This document shows, one piece after another, positions 57,503-64,000 of a stretch of DNA of 64,000 bases. This DNA is from Acidobacteriota bacterium (GTDB lineage Bacteria; Acidobacteriota; UBA890; WLXD01): assembly GCA_963666215.2 (NCBI GenBank), contig CAXWPL010000001.1:384001-448000 (forward strand), written 5' to 3'. Position numbers and translations under genes: made by a program. The notes beneath the pieces are model-generated. The model was given only the letters and a program-made list of their open reading frames with translations. It was not told the DNA's origin and did not search any database. How positions within the stretch are numbered: the first letter of the stretch is position 1; the number at the start of each line of letters is the position of its first letter.

Positions 57503-59155
57503 ATGATCCATCGAATCGACTCGACTTCCGCCGCTGGACGCCTGCTGTTGCTGATTCTCGTGCTGGCCACAACGATGGGGGCTGGCTTACTCGCCGCGGG
57601 CCCGTCCGAGGCGCAGAACCACGCGCCCAACCCGTACACGACGGTCGAAGGTGGGTGGGGCAAGCTGCCGGCCGGCCGCGCTTGGGGCGCCACGAGTGCC
57701 ATCTATCCGGCGCGCGACGGCAGCGGCAACATCTGGGTTGCTGAGCGTTGTGGCGAGAACACCTGCGACGGCAAAGACGACGTCGACCCGATTCTGTTGT
57801 TCGACCCCGAGGGCAATCTCGTCAGGAGCTTCGGGGCGGGCCTGATTCTCTGGCCGCACGGTATGTACGTCGACGCCGACAACAACGTCTGGGTTGCCGA
57901 CGCGCTCGGCTTTGGCGAGCAGCCGGCCGGCCGCGGCCACGAGGTCTTGAAGTTCAGCCCCGACGGAGAGCTGTTGATGTCGCTCGGCACGAAAGGTGTG
58001 TCCGGCAACGGCCACGACGCCTTCGCCAAGCCATGCGACGTCCTCGTGGCGCCCGACGGCAGTATCTTCGTCGCCGATGGGCACTACCCGGACGGCAACG
58101 ATCGCATCGTGAAGTTTGCCGCAGACGGTAGCTACCTGATGGAGTGGGGCGAGACGGGCTCCGAGAACGGTCAGTTCCGCGAGCCCCACGGGCTGGCTAT
58201 GGATGCGCAAGGCCGGCTCTTCGTCGCCGATCGCTACAACAACCGTGTCCAGATCTTCGACCAGCAGGGCGAGCACCTCGCCAGCTGGAGCCAGTTCGGG
58301 CGTCCGAGCGGCCTGTACATCGACGAACACGACGTGCTGTACTCCGCCGACTCGGAATCGCGCGCTAGCCGCAACCCAGGCTGGAAGCGTGGTATTCGCA
58401 TCGGCCGCGTGGGCGACGGTTTCGTGACCGCTTTCATCCCCGATACCGAGCCCGACCAGGACGACTCCGGCACCAGCGCCGCCGAAGGAGTCGCGGCCGA
58501 CGCGATGGGCAATGTCTATGGCGCCGAGGTCGGCCCCCGCATGCTCCGCAAGTATGTCCGTCAGGCCGAAGAGATGACCTTCTTCATGACCAGCAACGGC
58601 CCGGGCGACGGCGCCAACCTCGGCGGGCTCGCCGGCGCCGACGCCCATTGCCAGGCGCTCGCCACCGCCGTTGGCGCCGGCCACCACACCTGGCGCGCCT
58701 ACCTGTCGACGACCGCCAGAGCCGGGCAACCGGCCGTGAACGCCCGCGATCGCATCGGCTCCGGCCCATGGCGCAACGCCAACGGCGTGACCATCGCCAG
58801 CGATGTCACCGAGCTGCACGGCGAAAACAACCTCACCAAGGCCACGCAGGTCAGCGAGCGTGGCGACGTCATCAACGGCCGCGGCGACAGTCCGAACCGT
58901 CACGACATCCTGACCGGCTCGCAGCTCGACGGCGCCGCGTTTGCCGACGGCGAAGACCACACCTGCTCGAACTGGACGAGCAACGGAGCCGGATCGGCCC
59001 AGGTCGGCCATCACGACCGCAACGGCGGCGGTGACAATCCAACGTCGTGGAACGCCGCCCACGCCTCGCGCGGCTGCGGCCAAGCCGACCTGCGCGGCAC
59101 CGGTGGCGACGGCCTCTTCTACTGCTTCGCCCTATCCTCGGGCTCAGACGACTAG
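57503..59155 (+). CDS. Secreted NHL-repeat (PAL-like) protein fused to a lectin/endostatin-like domain
   Basis: WPHGMYVD, FVADGH, PHGLAMD, ADRYNNRVQIFD; then MTFFMTSNGPGDGANLGGLAGADAHCQ, WRAYLS, NARDRIG.GPW, HDILTG, FYCFA. Confidence 0.85.
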   Translation: MIHRIDSTSAAGRLLLLILVLATTMGAGLLAAGPSEAQNHAPNPYTTVEGGWGKLPAGRAWGATSAIYPARDGSGNIWVAERCGENTCDGKDDVDPILLFDPEGNLVRSFGAGLILWPHGMYVDADNNVWVADALGFGEQPAGRGHEVLKFSPDGELLMSLGTKGVSGNGHDAFAKPCDVLVAPDGSIFVADGHYPDGNDRIVKFAADGSYLMEWGETGSENGQFREPHGLAMDAQGRLFVADRYNNRVQIFDQQGEHLASWSQFGRPSGLYIDEHDVLYSADSESRASRNPGWKRGIRIGRVGDGFVTAFIPDTEPDQDDSGTSAAEGVAADAMGNVYGAEVGPRMLRKYVRQAEEMTFFMTSNGPGDGANLGGLAGADAHCQALATAVGAGHHTWRAYLSTTARAGQPAVNARDRIGSGPWRNANGVTIASDVTELHGENNLTKATQVSERGDVINGRGDSPNRHDILTGSQLDGAAFADGEDHTCSNWTSNGAGSAQVGHHDRNGGGDNPTSWNAAHASRGCGQADLRGTGGDGLFYCFALSSGSDD

Positions 59156-59156
59156 C

Positions 59157-59176
59157 TGTGTTTTCTCGGTAGCTAA
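59157..59176. mobile_element. Possible isolated IS481-type terminal sequence
   Basis: ACTAGC then TGTGTTTTCTCGGTAG, matching the end at 31008 (CCTAGG TGTGTTTTCTAAGTAG) at 14 of 16 bases. Confidence 0.45.
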
Positions 59177-59255
59177 GCGTCAGTCGCCCCAGAAGGGTGC
59201 CCGCTGCCCCTCGCCCCGCTGCCCCGCCGGCATCCGCATGACACCAGCGTGCAGA

Positions 59256-60428
59256 TCAGGCGGTGGCCAGGGCCCCGATTGCGGCGGCAACGCCAGCGCC
59301 AGGTGGCGGCGCCTGGCCCTGGTCCAATAGGGCTGCCTCCAGGGCCGCGAGCACGAGCAGCACGTTGTTCTCGGTGCTCGACGCGCCCATCAGGCCGATG
59401 CGCCAGATCTTGCCGGCCAGCGGGCCGAGCCCACCACCGATCTCGATGCCGAAGCGCATCAGCAGATGCTTGCGCACGGCGGCCTCGTCGACGCCCTCGG
59501 GCACGGTTACGGCGTTCAGCGACCACAGCCGATGTTCGGGGTCGGCAACCTGCATGCGCATGCCCATCGCCTCTGCCCCGGCCACCAGAGCCCGGTGGTT
59601 TCGCCGATGGCGGTCGGCTCGCGCCTCGAGCCCCTCCTCGAGGACCACACGCAGCGCCTCGTGCAGCGCGAAGGCCATCGAGACCGGCGCGGTGTGGTGG
59701 TAGGCGCGAGCCTGGCCCCAGTAGCCCTCCAGGAGCCCGACATCGAGATACCAGCTACGGACGGACGTCTTGCGGGCGTGGATCCGCTCGAGAGCTCGCT
59801 CGTTGAAGCTCACTGGGGCTAGTCCGGGCGGACACGACAGGCACTTCTGCGTGCCGCTGTAGCAAACGTCGACGCCCCACTCATCGAGCTTGACCGGATG
59901 GCCACCCACCGAAGTGACCGCGTCGAGGACAACCAGCACGCCGGCAGCGTGAGCCGCCTCGATGATCGCGTCGAGCGGCTGTAGTACGCCGGTGGAGGTC
60001 TCGGCGTGGACTACTGCAACGACTTTCGTGTCGCCTTCGGCGATCGCCGCGACAACAGCGTCGGCGTCTACCGGCTCGCCCCAGGTGCCTTCAACGGTCA
60101 CGACCTCCGCCCCGTTGCGTCGCGCTTGTTCGGCAAGCCGCACGCCGAACACACCTCCGACAACCACGACTACACGATCACCAGGCTCGACGAGATTGAC
60201 GATGCTCGCCTCCATACCGGCGCTGCCGGTACCCGAGATGGCAAACGTCATGCGGTTCTCGGTGCCGAGAACCTCACGCAGCATCGACTGCGTCTCGTCC
60301 ATAATCTGCAGGAACTCGGGATCGAGGTGGCCGAGCAGCGGCTTCGACATGGCACGCAGCACACGGGCACCAACGTGACTCGGCCCGGGGCCGAGAAGAA
60401 CGCGCTCGGGAATCTTGGATTCGGTCAT
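59256..60428 (-). CDS. Alanine/serine-glyoxylate aminotransferase (class V PLP)
   Basis: [60 protein letters not shown]. Confidence 0.93.
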   Translation of the reverse strand: MTESKIPERVLLGPGPSHVGARVLRAMSKPLLGHLDPEFLQIMDETQSMLREVLGTENRMTFAISGTGSAGMEASIVNLVEPGDRVVVVVGGVFGVRLAEQARRNGAEVVTVEGTWGEPVDADAVVAAIAEGDTKVVAVVHAETSTGVLQPLDAIIEAAHAAGVLVVLDAVTSVGGHPVKLDEWGVDVCYSGTQKCLSCPPGLAPVSFNERALERIHARKTSVRSWYLDVGLLEGYWGQARAYHHTAPVSMAFALHEALRVVLEEGLEARADRHRRNHRALVAGAEAMGMRMQVADPEHRLWSLNAVTVPEGVDEAAVRKHLLMRFGIEIGGGLGPLAGKIWRIGLMGASSTENNVLLVLAALEAALLDQGQAPPPGAGVAAAIGALATA

Positions 60429-60597
60429 GACTTCCTCGGGACTCCCCGGCGGCGGTACGGGTTCGGCGATCGGATGGCTGGGAAAGTGGGAAAGTGTACC
60501 GGCCCCTCGTTCCGCTTGCGTCTCGCTCGCGATTGGCCCACGATCGTGCGGCGCGGTGCCAGCCGCCTGTTGCCCTCAACGCACGGAGGTAGGCGAC

Positions 60598-62118
60598 TTG
60601 TCGGAATCGTCAGACTCGTCAGACTTGTCAGGCTTGTCACAGGGGCCCCGTCGGCCGGACCTGCTCGAAACCATTGAGCCACCGCGCATGCACCTGCGCA
60701 CCATGCTCGCCTACTTCGGGCCCGGCATCATCTTGATGATGACCGGCATCGGCACCAGCCACATGGTGACCGCGCCAACCGCCGGTGGGCGCTTCGGGTT
60801 CGCGCTCCTGTGGTGCATCCCGGTGGCCTACATCTTCAAGTACTACGGCTTCGAGATGGCGTTCCGGTTCACCAACGCCACCGGCAAGAGCATCGTGGAA
60901 GCGTACGGCACGGCGTGGAAGAAATGGCCGTTGTGGTACGTTCTCGTGACGACGCTCGTTCAGTGCGCCATCGGCCAGGCGGGCAGGCTGATTGCGGCGT
61001 CGGCGGTGCTCTTTTACGTCTTCTCGGTCGGTTTCGGGCTGCCGTTGCCACTCGGCTTCTACGGCGTGGTGCTCGGGGTGATCTCGGTGGCGATCCTGCT
61101 TGGCGGCAGCTACAAGGCCGTCGAGCAGGGAGCCAAGGTCGCGGCGGTTGCGATGTTCGTCTCGACTGTGGCGGTGTACGCCGTGCGCCCGGCGCCGCTG
61201 GCCGCGCTGGAGCACTTCTGGATTGTCGAAACGCCGCCCGGATCGTGGCTGCTGATCGCCGCCTTCCTGGGGCTGCTGCCAACCGGCATGGACGTCTCGC
61301 TGCAGGCCTCCGAGTGGGGCAAGGCCCAACGCAAGGGCATGAGCCGCATTCGACGCCAGCTCGAAGAGCACGGCCTTGCGGAACGCTTCGACCCCTTCTC
61401 GTCGGGTAAGGAAGTTCTCGCCGTCGACACCTCCAAGCTGCCCGCTCCAGCGATCGAATACTGCCGCCGCTGGTTCAAGATCGGCCTCTGGGACTTCCGC
61501 TTGGGGCACGCGATCTCGTTCCTGATGGCCTGCATCTTCTTGCTTCTTGCGGCGGTTTGGCTCTATCCCAACCCGGTATCGGGCACCGCGGTGATGGGCG
61601 AGATCGCCGGTATCTTCACCAACAGCGTCGGTCCGTGGATGATGACGATATTCATGATCGGCGCCTTTGCCGCCACATTCTCGACGGCGTTCAACTACTT
61701 CGACGGCTGGCCGCGCATCGTCGGGGCTTGCTGCCGCAACCTGTTCCCCGGCACGGCACGGCTGCGCAGCACCGTCCGCAGAGGGATCACCGAGGAACAT
61801 CGAAAGGCCTGGTATTCGGAGTACAACATCTACCGCGCGACGATGCTCTACTCGCTGGTCGCCTCGGTATCGATCATGATCGGCGTGCCGCGCCCGGTGC
61901 TGCTGGTGCTGGTGGCCTCGGCGCTGGCGTTCTTCATTGCGCCGGTGATTTTCTTCTTGAACGTCTACTACTGCCTGACGGTGATCCCGAAGGACGACGC
62001 GCACTTCTACCCATCAAGATTCGCCATCGCGTTCAGCGTCATCTCGCTCGTGGTGTTCACCGGCCTGAGCTTGATCCTGATCTCGGCGCGGGTGTTCGGA
62101 CTCCAACTGTTCGGCTAG
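60598..62118 (+). CDS. Nramp-like/APC superfamily membrane transporter
   Basis: GGAGG RBS and TTG; GPGIILMMTGIGTSH, GGRFGFALLW, FAATFST...DGWPR; about 11 TM; lacks the canonical DPGN. Confidence 0.78.
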   Translation: MSESSDSSDLSGLSQGPRRPDLLETIEPPRMHLRTMLAYFGPGIILMMTGIGTSHMVTAPTAGGRFGFALLWCIPVAYIFKYYGFEMAFRFTNATGKSIVEAYGTAWKKWPLWYVLVTTLVQCAIGQAGRLIAASAVLFYVFSVGFGLPLPLGFYGVVLGVISVAILLGGSYKAVEQGAKVAAVAMFVSTVAVYAVRPAPLAALEHFWIVETPPGSWLLIAAFLGLLPTGMDVSLQASEWGKAQRKGMSRIRRQLEEHGLAERFDPFSSGKEVLAVDTSKLPAPAIEYCRRWFKIGLWDFRLGHAISFLMACIFLLLAAVWLYPNPVSGTAVMGEIAGIFTNSVGPWMMTIFMIGAFAATFSTAFNYFDGWPRIVGACCRNLFPGTARLRSTVRRGITEEHRKAWYSEYNIYRATMLYSLVASVSIMIGVPRPVLLVLVASALAFFIAPVIFFLNVYYCLTVIPKDDAHFYPSRFAIAFSVISLVVFTGLSLILISARVFGLQLFG

Positions 62119-63095
62119 TTGGAGGGATAGGCGCCCGCAACCCGAGCCCGCTGGCGGATCAAGGCGAGCACGGTGTCGATGGTCGGAGTCGAAACCTCCA
62201 CCAGCCGGCCCATCTCCTGCACCGCCGTGACCAGCGCGTCGATCTCCATCGGGCGACCAAGCTCGAGGTCCTGGAGCATCGAGGTGCGATGCTTGCCGAC
62301 GGCGGCGCCACCGTCGAGCCGACGATCAACATCAACGGCAAAGCGCGCACCGAGGCGCTCGCCAATGGCTTGCGCCTCCACCATCATGGCGCGCGCCACC
62401 GCCCGGGTGCCGACCTCGCTGGCAACCACGTCGAGCGTCTCGAGAGTCAGGGCGCTGATCGGGTTGAACGCCAGGTTGCCCCACAGCTTGACCCAGATCT
62501 CGTTGCGGATGCTGCGGGTGGGTGCCCGAAAGCCGGCACTCTTGAGTGCCTGACTCAGGCGTCCGAGGCGCTCCGTTTTTTCGCCAGTCGGCTCGCCCAG
62601 ACTGAACCGATTGCCTTCGACGTGGCGCACCACGCCGGGCTCTTCGACCTCGGCAGCCGGGTACACCACGCACCCCATCGCGCGCTGCGGCCCGATTGAG
62701 CTCCACAACACTCCGCCGGGGTCCACGCTTTCCAGTCGGCGATCGCGCCACGGACCGTCGAGCCCGTAGAAGTACCACCAGGGAACGCCGTTGGAGGCCG
62801 TGACGACAGCCGTGTCGTCGTCGAGCAGCGCCTGCAGCGGCTCGACGATCGCCGGCACCGAGTGCGCCTTGAGCGTCACGATGACGAAGTCTTGCGGCCC
62901 GACCTCTGTTGGGTCGTCGGTGCAAAGCGGATGCGCCACGCGCTCTTCGCCGTCGATCAAGAGCCGCAAACCGTCGCGGCGCATCGCCGCGAGATGAGGT
63001 CCGCGCGCAATCAGCGAGACGTCTTCACCGGCGAGCGCCAGCTGCACGCCCAGATACCCGCCTATGGCGCCGGCGCCATAGATACAGATGCGCAC
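62115..63095 (-). CDS. Ketopantoate reductase family (PanE/ApbA); candidate oxalyl-CoA reductase
   Basis: GAGAIGG, VTLKAH, NGVPWWYF, WVKLWGN, TSMLQD...MEID. Confidence 0.88.
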   Translation of the reverse strand: MRICIYGAGAIGGYLGVQLALAGEDVSLIARGPHLAAMRRDGLRLLIDGEERVAHPLCTDDPTEVGPQDFVIVTLKAHSVPAIVEPLQALLDDDTAVVTASNGVPWWYFYGLDGPWRDRRLESVDPGGVLWSSIGPQRAMGCVVYPAAEVEEPGVVRHVEGNRFSLGEPTGEKTERLGRLSQALKSAGFRAPTRSIRNEIWVKLWGNLAFNPISALTLETLDVVASEVGTRAVARAMMVEAQAIGERLGARFAVDVDRRLDGGAAVGKHRTSMLQDLELGRPMEIDALVTAVQEMGRLVEVSTPTIDTVLALIRQRARVAGAYPSN

Positions 63096-64000
63096 TCAGT
63101 CGGCCTTGCCGAGGCCGAGCTGATCGGCCAGGCCAATGCGCCGCAACTTGCCGGTGGGACCCTCGGGAATCTCCTCGAGAAAGAGCACCTTGCGCGGCAC
63201 CTTGAAGTCGGCCAGGCGCGTCTTCGCGAAGGCGCGCACTTGCGCTTCAGTGGCCGCTTCATCGGGACGCAGCACAACAGCAGCCGCAACCTCCTCGCCA
63301 AGCTTGTCGTGCGGCATCGCGAACGTAACCACCTGCTGGACGGCCGGATGATCCATCAGCACCACGTCGACTTCGAGCGGCGAGATCTTCTCGCCGCCAC
63401 GATTGATGATCTCTTTCAGGCGCCCGGTGAGTGACAGGTATCCATCGTCGTCCATGGCCCCTTGATCGCCAGTGCGAAACCAGCCGTTGGTGAAAGCGCT
63501 GGCGTTGGCCTCGGGGTTCTTGTCGTAGCCCAGGGTGACGTTGGGTCCGCGGATCACCACCTCTCCGATCGATCCGGCCGGTAGCAGCGCTCCGCTGTCA
63601 TCCATGATCGCCACCTCGGGGCCGGCGGCGGCACCCACGGTGCCCGGCTTGCGGACGCCAGGCGGCAGCTGGTTGCAGGTCATCTGATGCGATGCCTCCG
63701 TCATGGCGTAGGCCTCGATCACGGGCACGCCGAACACCTGTTCAACCGCCGCCATCACCTGCGGCGGCAGCGACGACGACGACGAGCGGATGAAGCGAAG
63801 CGGCGTTGCCTCGATGATCTCGCTGTTGCGTCCGGCGCGCGAGAGAATTGCCTGATGCATCGTCGGCACCGCCGTATACCAGGTGGGTTGCGCTTCCGCC
63901 ATCCAGCCAAAGAACTTCAGAACATTGAACCCGGGCGAGGCGCAAACGGAGGCGCCGGCGCGGAACGTGGCCAGCAGCGCCGCCATCAGTCCGTGAATAT
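63096..64000 (-). CDS. Acyl-CoA ligase, oxalate-CoA ligase-like (5' end off window)
   Basis: PTWYTAVPTMHQ, LRFIRSSSSSL, EAYAMTEASHQM, WFRTGDQG, KEIINRGGEKISP, GPTGKLRR. Confidence 0.88.
   Translation of the reverse strand, partial: IHGLMAALLATFRAGASVCASPGFNVLKFFGWMAEAQPTWYTAVPTMHQAILSRAGRNSEIIEATPLRFIRSSSSSLPPQVMAAVEQVFGVPVIEAYAMTEASHQMTCNQLPPGVRKPGTVGAAAGPEVAIMDDSGALLPAGSIGEVVIRGPNVTLGYDKNPEANASAFTNGWFRTGDQGAMDDDGYLSLTGRLKEIINRGGEKISPLEVDVVLMDHPAVQQVVTFAMPHDKLGEEVAAAVVLRPDEAATEAQVRAFAKTRLADFKVPRKVLFLEEIPEGPTGKLRRIGLADQLGLGKAD

Noticed and set aside
60598-60645. Imperfect 9-bp tandem (TCAGACTCG/TCAGACTTG/TCAGGCTTG)
   Set aside because: Low-complexity Ser/Asp leader of the transporter; too short to interpret.
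1-64000. rRNA, tRNA, CRISPR arrays, prophage or integrase genes
   Set aside because: None recognised by eye. Intergenic gaps are short; tRNAscan and Infernal were not run, so small RNAs cannot be excluded.

Overview
GC-rich bacterial window, probably Acidobacteriota. That placement is an inference from the PadR plus duplicated orphan ABC permease pair, a Ser/Thr kinase with a TolB-like propeller, the DUF1592/DUF1552 cytochrome pair and many secreted peptidases. It holds about 40 intact genes, mostly secreted or periplasmic hydrolases, beta-propellers and catabolic enzymes. These include a sarcosine-oxidase-like soxDAGB cluster with a GntR regulator and a probable oxalate to glyoxylate to glycine module. 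I saw no rRNA, tRNA or CRISPR array. The strongest structural signal is repeated gene decay. About ten loci are deletion scars, where only the ends of a gene survive or unrelated gene halves are joined, and at least one junction has readable microhomology. There is also an IS3 element sitting at the start of an IS481 remnant, next to an orphan ankyrin tail and a relBE pair whose toxin lost its conserved terminal Tyr to a stop codon. Candidate novel biology: a membrane 4Fe-4S/HEAT/cNMP sensor gene (interrupted), two EExxH gluzincin-like lipoproteins, a one-cysteine racemase with an atypical M29/NicX-like enzyme and an orphan binding protein, two small toxin-antitoxin-like pairs, and an NHL-propeller/lectin-like fusion. 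All family calls come from motif recognition by eye; no database search was run. Single-base lesions could be sequencing error.
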